A stretch of DNA of 64,000 nt from Muribaculum sp. (GCA_023663505.1 JAMPHH010000011.1:1747-65746), one strand, 5' to 3'; positions 39,021 to 48,864 are shown, counted from the stretch's first letter. The notes: generated from the letters alone by a model not told the origin. Numbers and translations: made by a program.

Positions 39021-39878
39021 ATGGCTGAAGGCGGATATGGCGTATTGCAAAGGTATGAGGAGCTTTTGACGGAATATTATAAGCTGATGGAGGGTCTGAG
39101 GGCGCACTGTGTCACCAAGGACGTGGGAGCGGAGTGCTTTGAGTGGGACTCCATAGAGGGGCAGCTTCTTCTGAAGGGGGATTCTGCCATAGAGCTAGGC
39201 GGCGGCAGCCTGCCTGCGGTGAGCGGCGTGCTGTATTGTGACGGCTTAGCTTCAGCGGGTGGTCGGAGCACATCGGTTGACGCGGGGAGTGGGAGTGTGT
39301 TGACTGACACGGGTATCGGGAGTGTATCGGCTGCTGCGGGAGGCGAAGCTGTCAGGTTGGAGGAGACTTCGACGGAGACTGCCGTGAGGAGAGTCGCGCT
39401 GTACGGTCAGGATCTTCCCATGTTAAAGGGTGATGTGCCCTATGCCAGAGTGTCACTGGTGGGTATTAAGAAGGAATTTACCACAGAAGGGTACAAGCTG
39501 TATAATCTGATTCGGAGCATCGAATATATCAGATATCGGGTGAGTCCCATGGGGTATATGCCGAGAATCTCCACTGTGCAGGACAGGGAGCAGGTCAGAG
39601 TGTCGAGAGCTGCCTTAGACGAGGGACTTGATTTCTATAAGGTGGGCAGACTTTATGAGGAAGCGTATCTCAAACACCCTGCGGTGCAGTGGGCGGAGAC
39701 GGTTTTCATCACCCTGCGGGATTTTGACTATGGGGCGCTGCGGAAGCTGTTTGAGCGGGCGGAGAGCGTTACCATGTCATTGGAGCACCCGCTGGGCAAC
39801 CTTCAGATGGACTGCAATAGCTGCAAGCTTAAAACGGTCTGTGACGAGGTGGAGGCGTTGCCGCCTTGCAAGAAATAA
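39021..39878 (+). CDS. Truncated acetyl-CoA synthase (CdhC/AcsB middle-domain)-like protein with a C-terminal Cys cluster
   Basis: IELGG, LYGQDL and REQVRVSRAAL.EGL.F..VG...VFIT resemble the recalled ACS EFGG, IGPDI and RD..WLRISKEA..KGF...IG...I.TD; tail C-x2-C-x5-C-x8-C. Confidence 0.65.
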   Translation: MAEGGYGVLQRYEELLTEYYKLMEGLRAHCVTKDVGAECFEWDSIEGQLLLKGDSAIELGGGSLPAVSGVLYCDGLASAGGRSTSVDAGSGSVLTDTGIGSVSAAAGGEAVRLEETSTETAVRRVALYGQDLPMLKGDVPYARVSLVGIKKEFTTEGYKLYNLIRSIEYIRYRVSPMGYMPRISTVQDREQVRVSRAALDEGLDFYKVGRLYEEAYLKHPAVQWAETVFITLRDFDYGALRKLFERAESVTMSLEHPLGNLQMDCNSCKLKTVCDEVEALPPCKK

Positions 39879-39962
39879 TGATTTGTAAAGTCTGTTAAAC
39901 AATATATAAAAATATAGAAATCACAACACGCTTGTGTTATACTAGAGGCATCACAACACATT

Positions 39963-40106
39963 TTTCAGCTTGAATTGATAGAACGGCTTGAAATGGTAGC
40001 AGATGACAGCGAAGCGGTGAAGAAACAACTTGCACTTGAAAAGAAATTCATAGAACGAAAGCTGTATCAAAATCCGCCGCTTACAAGCGAGCAAACAAGC
40101 TTTTGA
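39963..40106 (+). pseudogene. Possible small ORF or remnant (47 codons) with no clear RBS-linked start
   Basis: FQLELIERLEMVADDSEAVKKQLALEKKFIERKLYQNPPLTSEQTSF* looks like a helical protein; in-frame TAG at 39915. Confidence 0.3.
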
Positions 40107-40136
40107 GACTGCGGGAAAGGATTGGTAGGAAAGTCA

Positions 40137-40952
40137 ATGGAAAATCAGGAATTTCAAGGAACACGGGAATATGTGGCGAGCGAGGAGCTGATGGCAAGCG
40201 TCAATATTGCCATGGCGCTGCAGAAGCCCTTATTGATCAAGGGAGAGCCCGGCACGGGCAAGACCATGCTGGCGGAGGCGGTGGCGAAGGCTTTGGGCAA
40301 GCGGCTGATCATTTGGAATATCAAGTCCACCACCAAGGCACAGGAGGGCTTATATGTCTATGACACGATTCAGCGTCTCTATGACGGTCAGTTCGGCGAG
40401 GAGGGCGTGGACGACATCGCCCGCTACATCAAGCTTGGCAAGCTGGGCGAGGCATTCGACAGCGACGAGCAGGTGGTGCTTTTGATCGATGAGATCGACA
40501 AGGCGGATTTGGAGTTCCCGAACGACCTGCTCTGGGAGCTTGACCAGATGGAGTTCTATATCAACGAGACCAAGCGCACGGTGAAGGCAAAGCATCGTCC
40601 CATCGTCATCATCACCTCCAACGCGGAGAAGGAGCTGCCCGACGCGTTCCTGCGCCGCTGCATTTTTCATTATATTGATTTCCCTGATAAGGAGCTGATG
40701 GCGGAGATCGTGAAGGTGCATTTTCCTGATGTGGAGGAGCATCTGCTGGCACAGGCTATGGAGGTGTTCTATGACATTCGGGGGCTTCGGGACATTCGCA
40801 AGAAGCCCAGTACCTCGGAGCTTATCGACTGGGTGAACGCCCTGCAGATTGGAGGCATTCCCACGGAGACCATCAAGTCCGCCCTGCCCTTTATCGGCGT
40901 GGTGGTGAAGAAGGACGAGGACATGGAGCTGGTGAAGCATTCGGGGGTGTAG
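40137..40952 (+). CDS. MoxR-family AAA+ ATPase (CoxD-like)
   Basis: PLLIKGEPGTGKT, LLIDEIDKAD.EFPNDLL, ITSNAEKELPDAFLRRC, KKPSTSELIDW. Confidence 0.92.
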   Translation: MENQEFQGTREYVASEELMASVNIAMALQKPLLIKGEPGTGKTMLAEAVAKALGKRLIIWNIKSTTKAQEGLYVYDTIQRLYDGQFGEEGVDDIARYIKLGKLGEAFDSDEQVVLLIDEIDKADLEFPNDLLWELDQMEFYINETKRTVKAKHRPIVIITSNAEKELPDAFLRRCIFHYIDFPDKELMAEIVKVHFPDVEEHLLAQAMEVFYDIRGLRDIRKKPSTSELIDWVNALQIGGIPTETIKSALPFIGVVVKKDEDMELVKHSGV

Positions 40953-40980
40953 GACTGTGTTTTTCTGATGGGAGTGGCTT

Positions 40981-43900
40981 ATGAAAAGATATTACAATAT
41001 TGTGGTTACAATTGTTATTGCCGCAGTGTTGGGCGTGTTCCTCGCGTTGTTTCAATTTCAATCTGAAGATGAGTCAGCCGCGGACTATGCGATGCATGAA
41101 ATGAACGATGGCTGGAGCTTTGTTTCGGCGTCCTCAGCGAACGGTATGGGAGGAGTGAACGCGTCGGATAAAAAACCTTATGCGATTGGCGGCAAAGATG
41201 ACGTAATACACGAGAATCCTGACAGGGAGAACAGTGACAGGGGAGGTACAAGCGTTTCACTTCCTTATAATGGGACGAGCAAGCCTGAAGAGTTGGTTGT
41301 CTTCCAAAACACGATACCGCAGGAATATGCAGGGCTTACATTGGCATTTTATTCTACAGAATCCTCGGTGCGTATAACACTGGATGACGAAGTGATTTAT
41401 CAATATGGCGTAGAGAGTCAGAGGCTGTTTGGCAAATCACCGGGCAGCAGGCTGAATTTTGTGGATATCCCGGAGCGGATTGGGAGAGGTACTCTGCGCA
41501 TCGAACTTAAATCTTCTTACGAGAATGCCGCGGCATCGCTGAGCAAGGCGACCGTGGCACAAAGAGATGTTCTGATTCTGGGGCTTGTCGAAAATAATTT
41601 GGTGAATCTGTTTTCCTGCTTGGCGATGCTGCTTTGTGCGGTTGTATTCTTTATCACGGGTATAGTGTGTGTACGCATAGGGCAAAAGACCTACAATGTT
41701 TTTTGGTTGGCGGCACTGAGCATTGACGTAGGGGTGTATTATCTGTTTAAAACAGAAATGCTCAGCATTTTTTGGGGAGCCAGTGCGGTATATTATATTG
41801 GTCAATACCTGTTCATCATGCTGATTTCGCTATTTCTGCTGATGTATTTGGGGAAGGACTTAAGAGACGATTATCCGAGGATTTATGCGGCGCTTTTTAA
41901 CATTATCAATCTGAATATAAGTGTTCAGATCATTTTGCAGTTGGCGGATATCTTAGATCTCGCGGACACTGTAAAATACACGGCGGTATTGTTCAGGGTG
42001 TTTTTGGTGTTATGTATATGCCTGTATGTGAGGACTGCCAGCCGAAAGCGCAATAAACAACATTGGTTTATGGCGGCTGCGTGCATGGTGTTACTGTTGG
42101 GCGAGTTGAAGACCGTGTTCCTGATAGGGACCAATCAACTGGGTAATTTCAGTATCTATGCCATGACGCTGTTTCTCATTGCTCTTGCGGTCCACCACAT
42201 TATACTTATGACCCAAGAGTATAAGGAAAAAGCTGACGAAAGCGCTCGTCTGGCTCTTGCGGCGAGCGAGGCGAAGGGGAAATTCCTAGCCAATATGTCA
42301 CATGAGATACGAACCCCTCTCAATGCCGTGTTGGGTATGGACGAGATGATACTTAGGGAAGCTTCAGAGCCCAAGATACGTGGGTATGCGATGGATATTT
42401 TCTCGTCGGGTCAGATGCTCCTGTCGTTGATTAACGATATTCTCGATTTGTCTAAGATTGAATCGGGTAAAATGGAGATCATTCCCGCAAACTATGATGT
42501 GAGCAGTATGATTCACGATTTAGCGAATATGACAGTGCTGCGTGCAGAAAAGAAAAACCTGAGCTTCCACGTTGAAGCCGACCATGAGATTCCGAGTGTT
42601 CTGTTCGGAGATGATGTCCGCATTAGGCAGGTGCTTACAAATATTCTCACAAATGCAGTAAAATACACGCAGGAGGGAGATATCTGGCTTCGTGTCCGAA
42701 AGGATAATTTGGAGGGTGATACTGTTACGCTGTATTTTGAGGTGGAAGACACGGGAATTGGAATTAAGGAGGAGGATCTGCCAAAACTGTGCGTAGAATT
42801 TGAACGTATAGAAGAAAGCCGCAACCGAAGTATCGAGGGGACAGGACTGGGAATGAGTATTACACTCCGACTGCTCAATATGATGGGAAGCAGCTTACAG
42901 GTGGATAGTGTTTACGGGAAAGGCTCAAGGTTCTATTTCCTTTTGAAGCAGACCGTCAAGGACGAAAAGCCTATCGGGGATTTTGAGCAGAACGTTCGTA
43001 ATCTGGCGTCAGAATATACATATACTTCCGGATTTATTGCGCCGGAAGCTGAGATCCTTGTGGTAGATGACAATGCAATCAATCGCAAGGTGTTCGGGAA
43101 TCTGTTGAACCAGACAAAGGTGAATATCACGGAGGCAGATAGCGGAATGCGCTGCCTCGAACTCACGAGGCAAAAAAGATTCGACATCATATTTTTGGAT
43201 CATATGATGCCCGAGATGGACGGTGTAGAAACGTTGCAGAAGCTGAAAGCCGACACCGATAATCTGTGCCAAGACATTCCTGTGATCGCTTTGACGGCAA
43301 ACGCTGTATCTGGAGCAAAGGAACGCTATCTGGAAATAGGGTTCAATGCCTATTTATCAAAGCCGATTGTTTCCGAGAAGCTGGAGAACATGCTTTGGGA
43401 GTTCTTGCCTAAGGAGTTGATAAAGGAGGCAGCGGATACGGATAGGAAGGTGGAGTCCGTAAAGCCCGATCTGGAACAGCTCCCCTCGGTAGATGGTTTG
43501 GATTGGAATTATGCGTGGCTGCATCTGTCGGGAATGGAGCTGCTGCAAAGCACGACGGAGGCTTTTTATGAGCAGATTCCCGCTGCCGCCGAAAAGCTCG
43601 AGGGCTGTTATCACGAAATCCTTGGGACGGGTGATTGCGGCGACTATCGGATTCAGGTTCATGCTATGAAAAGCCTTGCGGCGACGCTTGGAATATTGCC
43701 GCTTGCAGGAATGGCGAAGGTTCTCGAGGACGCAGCCAAGAACGGGCGGGCGGAGGTTATTGAAAGTATGCACCCAATTTTTATGACGGAGTGGAACGCT
43801 TATCGTGCGAGATTGGTGGGCGTGTTCGGAATCAAAGCCGAAGACGATAAAACGGAGCCTGAGGACTATTCTATTATCTGTGCGCTGTTGGAGATGATCA

Positions 43901-44097
43901 ACATAGCCATGCAGGATATGGACATCGACGAAGCCGACGCCAAGCTCAAGATGGTTTGCTCGTACCGCTACAATGATAAGGTGCAGGGCAATATCGACAT
44001 ACTGAAGGCGGCTGTGGAAAATCTTGACCCCGAGCAGACCGAAAGCTGCGTTCGTGCAATCATTGATCAACTTTCAAAGAAGGAGACTGTGCAATGA
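40981..44097 (+). CDS. Hybrid sensor histidine kinase (extracellular domain, ~7 TM, HisKA, HATPase, REC, Hpt-like)
   Basis: FLANMSHEIRTPLN, NILTNAVKYT, DTGIGI, GTGLG, REC VVDDN..N / LDHMMP / KP, Hpt YRIQVHAMKS. Confidence 0.93.
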   Translation: MKRYYNIVVTIVIAAVLGVFLALFQFQSEDESAADYAMHEMNDGWSFVSASSANGMGGVNASDKKPYAIGGKDDVIHENPDRENSDRGGTSVSLPYNGTSKPEELVVFQNTIPQEYAGLTLAFYSTESSVRITLDDEVIYQYGVESQRLFGKSPGSRLNFVDIPERIGRGTLRIELKSSYENAAASLSKATVAQRDVLILGLVENNLVNLFSCLAMLLCAVVFFITGIVCVRIGQKTYNVFWLAALSIDVGVYYLFKTEMLSIFWGASAVYYIGQYLFIMLISLFLLMYLGKDLRDDYPRIYAALFNIINLNISVQIILQLADILDLADTVKYTAVLFRVFLVLCICLYVRTASRKRNKQHWFMAAACMVLLLGELKTVFLIGTNQLGNFSIYAMTLFLIALAVHHIILMTQEYKEKADESARLALAASEAKGKFLANMSHEIRTPLNAVLGMDEMILREASEPKIRGYAMDIFSSGQMLLSLINDILDLSKIESGKMEIIPANYDVSSMIHDLANMTVLRAEKKNLSFHVEADHEIPSVLFGDDVRIRQVLTNILTNAVKYTQEGDIWLRVRKDNLEGDTVTLYFEVEDTGIGIKEEDLPKLCVEFERIEESRNRSIEGTGLGMSITLRLLNMMGSSLQVDSVYGKGSRFYFLLKQTVKDEKPIGDFEQNVRNLASEYTYTSGFIAPEAEILVVDDNAINRKVFGNLLNQTKVNITEADSGMRCLELTRQKRFDIIFLDHMMPEMDGVETLQKLKADTDNLCQDIPVIALTANAVSGAKERYLEIGFNAYLSKPIVSEKLENMLWEFLPKELIKEAADTDRKVESVKPDLEQLPSVDGLDWNYAWLHLSGMELLQSTTEAFYEQIPAAAEKLEGCYHEILGTGDCGDYRIQVHAMKSLAATLGILPLAGMAKVLEDAAKNGRAEVIESMHPIFMTEWNAYRARLVGVFGIKAEDDKTEPEDYSIICALLEMINIAMQDMDIDEADAKLKMVCSYRYNDKVQGNIDILKAAVENLDPEQTESCVRAIIDQLSKKETVQ

Positions 44098-44858
44098 ACA
44101 ATATTTTACTGATTGGAAAACTAAATGATATTATCAGGGACTTGCATTCATATCTGTCAGAGTATTTTCAGGTACAGCTTTGCTCTGAAAATGCGAGTGT
44201 CGCAGAGGGAATGCTGAAGATTGCAAAGCCTGATCTTGCTATCATCAATTCGTCGGGGGCTTATGAGACGGAGCCCGCAATATTTAGTTTGTTGGGTGAG
44301 CATTACAAGGATATTCCCGTGATCGTGATTGGTGGCGAGGAAGAGCGGCAGCATTTCGAGGAGTTTGCCCAAACGGGACAGTTTGAACATCTTTTGCGTC
44401 CCGTGAAGAACAGTGAGATATATGAGGTGGTCTGTCGGCGGCTGAATATTGTCAATCGTCTTGCCGAGGAGGAAAAAGCGAGACAGGCAGCGAAAAAGCA
44501 TATCCTTGTTGTGGACGATAACGGCACCACCCTCCGCACGGTAAAGGCGATGCTTGAGGAGAAATACGAAGTGTCGATAGCGATCTCGGGCACTCAGGCA
44601 ATGACTTCGATCGGGAAAAAGCGCCCTGACCTGATATTGCTTGACTATGAGATGCCTGTCTGTGACGGACGTATGACACTGGAAATGATTCGTGCGGACG
44701 AGGACTTAAAGGACATTCCCGTGATCTTCCTGACAGGGGTAAACAGCAGGGAGCATATTAACGCCGTGTTGGAATTAAAGCCTGCGGGGTACTATCTGAA
44801 GCCGCCGGTGAAGGAGGTTCTGATTGAGAGAATCGAGGAGGTTTTGAATAACGGGTAG
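44094..44858 (+). CDS. Response regulator with a degenerate N-terminal REC and an intact C-terminal REC, no DNA-binding domain
   Basis: ATGA overlap with the kinase; C-terminal ILVVDDN, LLDYEMP, FLT, KP. Confidence 0.87.
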   Translation: MNNILLIGKLNDIIRDLHSYLSEYFQVQLCSENASVAEGMLKIAKPDLAIINSSGAYETEPAIFSLLGEHYKDIPVIVIGGEEERQHFEEFAQTGQFEHLLRPVKNSEIYEVVCRRLNIVNRLAEEEKARQAAKKHILVVDDNGTTLRTVKAMLEEKYEVSIAISGTQAMTSIGKKRPDLILLDYEMPVCDGRMTLEMIRADEDLKDIPVIFLTGVNSREHINAVLELKPAGYYLKPPVKEVLIERIEEVLNNG

Positions 44859-44993
44859 CGGCTAAGCTGTATTTTATGATTTGGATTGCAAAACTATTTT
44901 AAAAATTGGTTGATAAAACAATAGGGACTTTGGTATTATATAAAATACCTATAATTTTGAGTAGACAGGGATAATTCCCGACATGGAGAAGGT

Positions 44994-46196
44994 ATGTTTG
45001 TTAATTTTTTTGAAAGCTTACGGGAGAAAGGGCTGCATGTGACCTTGGGGGAGTTTCTGACCCTGCAGGAGGCTCTGGACAAGGGGCTTTGCGGAAGCTC
45101 TCTGACACAATTTTATTATGTAGCGCGCATGATTCTGGTAAAGAGCGAGACGGATTTTGACAAATTCGACATGGCGTTCGAGGAGTGCTTCAAGGCGGCG
45201 CAGCACGAGACGGAGGTGGGAGCGGAGATGCTCCGCTGGCTTGATAAATCCGATATGCTCGAGCTTGCCCACGAGGAGGCGAGGAGTCATCTGAATCAGG
45301 TGGAGGATATTCAGGTGGACAAGGAGGACGTGGAGGAGACCTTCAAGCAGCGTCTGAAGGACCAGAACGAGGAGCACAACGGCGGGAGCTTCTGGATAGG
45401 CACTATGGGTAAGACCTCCTTCGGCAATATGGGCGGCAACGTGGGCGGCGTCCGCGTGGGTGGCAAGACAGGCTATCAGTCTGCCTTCGCGGTGGTGGGC
45501 GCCCGCAAGTACAGGGATTTCAGGGACGACAAGGTTCTGGACAACAGGCAGTTTCAGCTTGCCTTCCGCAAGCTCCGCCAGTTTTCCTCGAGGTTGGATA
45601 TTCCGGAGTCGGAGCTTGATATTGACGGCACAGTGGATAAGACCTGTAACAATGGCGGTTGTCTTCAGATCGTCATGAAGAAGCCACGCAAGAACGCGGT
45701 GAAGCTTTTGCTGCTCATGGATTCCGGCGGCACGATGATTCCCTTTAGCAGTCTGCTCAATGATCTTTTTCAGGCGGTGCACAAGTCTAATCATTACAAG
45801 GACGTAAAGACGTATTATTTTCATAATTGTATTTATTCCAAGCTTTACAAGACCCCCGAGTGCGAGAACGGGGATTGGGTGGACACGGAATGGTTGTTCC
45901 GCAATGTGGACAGCGACTATAAAGTGATCATTGTGGGGGATGCGGCTATGGCGCCGGAGGAGCTTTATTCCGACACGGGCAATTACCGTGGACCGAACGG
46001 CGGGCTTTCGGGCTACGAGTGGCTCAAGCTGGTGAAGCGTCATTACAAGAAGGTGGTTTGGCTCAACCCCAAGATGGCGCCGGGACACGCGCCGTGGAGG
46101 GAGGCGGAGACTGCCGTGAAGGAGCTGTTCCCCATGTTCAAGCTCACCGTGGACGGGCTGAATCAGGCGATGGTGAAGCTGATGGTGAATAAGTAG
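44994..46196 (+). CDS. VWA-domain CoxE-like protein
   Basis: MFVNFF..LR..GL.V...EFLTL.EAL, GGS.WIGT.G, ELDIDGTV, MIDAS-like LLMDSGGTM, YFHNC, VGDA.M.P.EL, WLNP. Confidence 0.88.
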   Translation: MFVNFFESLREKGLHVTLGEFLTLQEALDKGLCGSSLTQFYYVARMILVKSETDFDKFDMAFEECFKAAQHETEVGAEMLRWLDKSDMLELAHEEARSHLNQVEDIQVDKEDVEETFKQRLKDQNEEHNGGSFWIGTMGKTSFGNMGGNVGGVRVGGKTGYQSAFAVVGARKYRDFRDDKVLDNRQFQLAFRKLRQFSSRLDIPESELDIDGTVDKTCNNGGCLQIVMKKPRKNAVKLLLLMDSGGTMIPFSSLLNDLFQAVHKSNHYKDVKTYYFHNCIYSKLYKTPECENGDWVDTEWLFRNVDSDYKVIIVGDAAMAPEELYSDTGNYRGPNGGLSGYEWLKLVKRHYKKVVWLNPKMAPGHAPWREAETAVKELFPMFKLTVDGLNQAMVKLMVNK

Positions 46197-46271
46197 ACCG
46201 GCAGCGGGAAAGCCAAACCAATTACAAATCTAATCCGTCCCCAATATAATCCGTATAAAGAGGAGAAAACA

Positions 46272-47180
46272 ATGAATTTTCGTGTGAAATGCGCCTTGAA
46301 AACCATAGTCGGAAAGCTTCCGGCAAGCGACCGACTGGATTATCTGGTGCAAAAATATTTGAGCAGGTCCATGCCTCCACGTCCCCAAGCCTTGGAGAAG
46401 AAATATAAGCAGGCGGTAAGGTATCATGAGATCTACCGGAAATATGGAACCACTGCTCCGGATAAGGCTGTGGTTTATGAGATTGGATGCGGCTGGCATC
46501 TGGCGATGGCATTCGGCTTCAGCACATTGGGTTATGGCAGGATCATCGCCCTTGACGTGTCAGAGCATGTAAAACCGGAGATTATCAATAAGACAATCAG
46601 CTATATCAGCGAAACACATTTGTCTGGCTCTGCACCTCAATTGGTGAACGAAAAGAATTTGCGGGATGTACTGTGGGATTCCTATCGGATAGCTCTGAAG
46701 GTGCCATGTGATTCTACCCAGACAGGGCTGGAGGATCAGTCGGTTGATTTCATATACTCCCACAATGTGTTCGAGCATATACCGCCTGAGCTGATTCCTC
46801 AAATTATGGATGAATGTTACAGAGTATTGAAGGATGATGGGATCATTTCTTTTTTGATTGATTATTCGGATCATTATATTACCTTTGACAAGTCCATTAC
46901 ACCGTATAATTTCCTGCGGTATGATGACAAACAGTGGCGGAAATATAATCCACCGCTCCACTATGTAAACCGTTTGAGACATAGTGATTTTGTGCATATG
47001 TTTAGGCAGGCGGGATTTGAGATTGTGGAGGAGACGCCTAACCGCCCCCAAAATTGGGAAAATATGGTGAAAAATTTTCCTTTTGCCGATTCGTTCCGCG
47101 AAAGATATTCCATGGAGACGCTGAGTATCACCTCCGCGAGGTTTGTCCTGAAGAAATCTGTGGGATGTGAGAGAAGCTGA
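46272..47180 (+). CDS. Class I SAM-dependent methyltransferase
   Basis: YEIGCGW motif I, VDFIYSHNVFEHIP, RVLKDDG, IDYSDH, NRLR. Confidence 0.85.
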   Translation: MNFRVKCALKTIVGKLPASDRLDYLVQKYLSRSMPPRPQALEKKYKQAVRYHEIYRKYGTTAPDKAVVYEIGCGWHLAMAFGFSTLGYGRIIALDVSEHVKPEIINKTISYISETHLSGSAPQLVNEKNLRDVLWDSYRIALKVPCDSTQTGLEDQSVDFIYSHNVFEHIPPELIPQIMDECYRVLKDDGIISFLIDYSDHYITFDKSITPYNFLRYDDKQWRKYNPPLHYVNRLRHSDFVHMFRQAGFEIVEETPNRPQNWENMVKNFPFADSFRERYSMETLSITSARFVLKKSVGCERS

Positions 47181-47208
47181 CCAATGGGAAAACCTTGCGG
47201 AAAAGTGA

Positions 47209-47237
47209 TTGACATTTCGCGCTTGTGTCTGTATAAT
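47209..47237 (+). promoter_or_regulatory. SigA promoter of the tyrS leader
   Basis: Consensus TTGACA-N17-TATAAT. Confidence 0.85.
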
Positions 47238-47267
47238 ACATTCATGTTGAAAACTATATAGTATACA

Positions 47268-47586
47268 ATGCAATGAAGGGAAGGAGTACTGCCAAATTAC
47301 TTTTCACAGAGAGCTGCCGGTTGGTGAGAGGCGCGTTAAGCTTGGTAGGAAATACGTCCCGGAGCAGCAAACCGAAATGTATCTGCAGGTGCAGAGTAGG
47401 CTTTGACGGTGGGCACCGATATCTGCCAGAGGTATTAATGACACAGGAGTCCTATAGGGCGACAGTGGCATATGATACCCGACGAGCCGCAGGGTGTGAA
47501 TCCTGCGGGAACATTAGGTGGTACAGCGAGCATGACTCGCCCTTTTGAATTCCAACCGGAATCAGAAGGGTGGTCATGCTTTTTTG
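47268..47586 (+). ncRNA. T-box riboswitch (Tyr)
   Basis: Stem I with AGAGA and GGTGAGA motifs; specifier TAC at 47353-47355; T-box AGGTGGTACAGCG at ~47516-47528; terminator hairpin plus T run; precedes tyrS. Confidence 0.92.
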
Positions 47587-47637
47587 CGCGAAGTGTAAAA
47601 GTGCGAGCAATAAGGACAAGAAAAGGAGAAAAGAAAG

Positions 47638-48864
47638 ATGCAGATTTTTGAAGAATTAAAGGCGAGAGGGCTTTTGGCACAGCTTACGGATGAGGAGGAA
47701 ATACGGGAGCTTGTAAACACCGGGAAGGCAACCTTTTATATTGGCTTTGACCCGACCGCGGACAGTCTCCATGTGGGGCATTTTATGGCGCTTTGTCTGA
47801 TGAAGCGTTTGCAGATGGCGGGCAACAGACCTATCGCGTTGATCGGAGGCGGTACGGGCATGATTGGAGACCCTTCCGGCAGGACGGATATGCGCACCAT
47901 GATGACCACGGAAATGATCGACCACAATTGCGAGTGCTTCAAGAAGCAGATGAGCCGCTTCATCGAGTTTGGCGAGGACAAGGCGCTGATGGTGAACAAT
48001 GCGGACTGGCTGCGCGATCTGAATTATATTGAGTTCTTGCGGGAGGTGGGAGCGCATTTTTCCGTGAACCGCATGTTGACTGCCGAGTGTTATAAGCAGC
48101 GTATGGAGAAGGGCTTGAGCTTCTTGGAATTTAATTACATGATCATGCAGTCCTATGATTTCTTGGAGCTGTTTAAACGGTACGGGTGTAATATGCAGTT
48201 TGGCGGTGATGACCAGTGGAGCAATATGTTGGGCGGCACGGAGCTGATACGCCGCAAACTGGGCAAGGACGCTTACGCCATGACAATCACGCTTTTGTTG
48301 AATTCCGAGGGCAAGAAGATGGGCAAGACCCAGAAGGGAGCCGTGTGGCTTGACCCCAACAAGACGTCGCCCTTCGAGTTCTATCAATACTGGCGCAACG
48401 TCGGGGACGCAGACGTGCTGAACTGTATACGTATGCTGACGTTCCTGCCCTTGGAGCAGATCGATGAAATGGACAAATGGGAGGGCAGCCAGCTCAATCA
48501 GGCAAAGGAGATTCTTGCGTTTGAGCTTACCAAGCTGGTGCATGGCGAGGAGGAGGCTGCCAAGTCTCAGGAGAGCGCAAGAGCGTTGTTTGCGGGTGGA
48601 GCTGCCGCCGAGATGCCGACCTGTGAGCTGACGGAGGCGGATTTTGTAGATGGCAAAATCGATATTCTGGGCGTGCTTGCCACATCGGGTCTCACCGCGT
48701 CCCGTTCTGAGGCGCGCCGCGCGGTAGAGCAGGGCGGCGTCACCGTGGACGGCGAGAAAATTTCGGATATTAAGACCGTATATGAGCCGGAGCAGCTTGC
48801 GGGGGAAGGCATCGTGGTAAAGCGGGGCAAAAAGAATTTCAAGCGTGTTGTGATGAAGAAGTAA
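47638..48864 (+). CDS. tyrS: Tyrosine--tRNA ligase
   Basis: [30 protein letters not shown]-terminal S4-like domain. Confidence 0.97.
   Translation: MQIFEELKARGLLAQLTDEEEIRELVNTGKATFYIGFDPTADSLHVGHFMALCLMKRLQMAGNRPIALIGGGTGMIGDPSGRTDMRTMMTTEMIDHNCECFKKQMSRFIEFGEDKALMVNNADWLRDLNYIEFLREVGAHFSVNRMLTAECYKQRMEKGLSFLEFNYMIMQSYDFLELFKRYGCNMQFGGDDQWSNMLGGTELIRRKLGKDAYAMTITLLLNSEGKKMGKTQKGAVWLDPNKTSPFEFYQYWRNVGDADVLNCIRMLTFLPLEQIDEMDKWEGSQLNQAKEILAFELTKLVHGEEEAAKSQESARALFAGGAAAEMPTCELTEADFVDGKIDILGVLATSGLTASRSEARRAVEQGGVTVDGEKISDIKTVYEPEQLAGEGIVVKRGKKNFKRVVMKK

Noticed and set aside
30886..39878. Wood-Ljungdahl pathway locus (metF, cooC, ACS-like gene)
   Set aside because: No cooS/acsA, full acsB, acsCDE, fhs or folD; metF is on the opposite strand with its own promoter and is separated by unrelated genes.
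47273..47548. 91-aa ORF upstream of tyrS
   Set aside because: It coincides with the T-box leader RNA.
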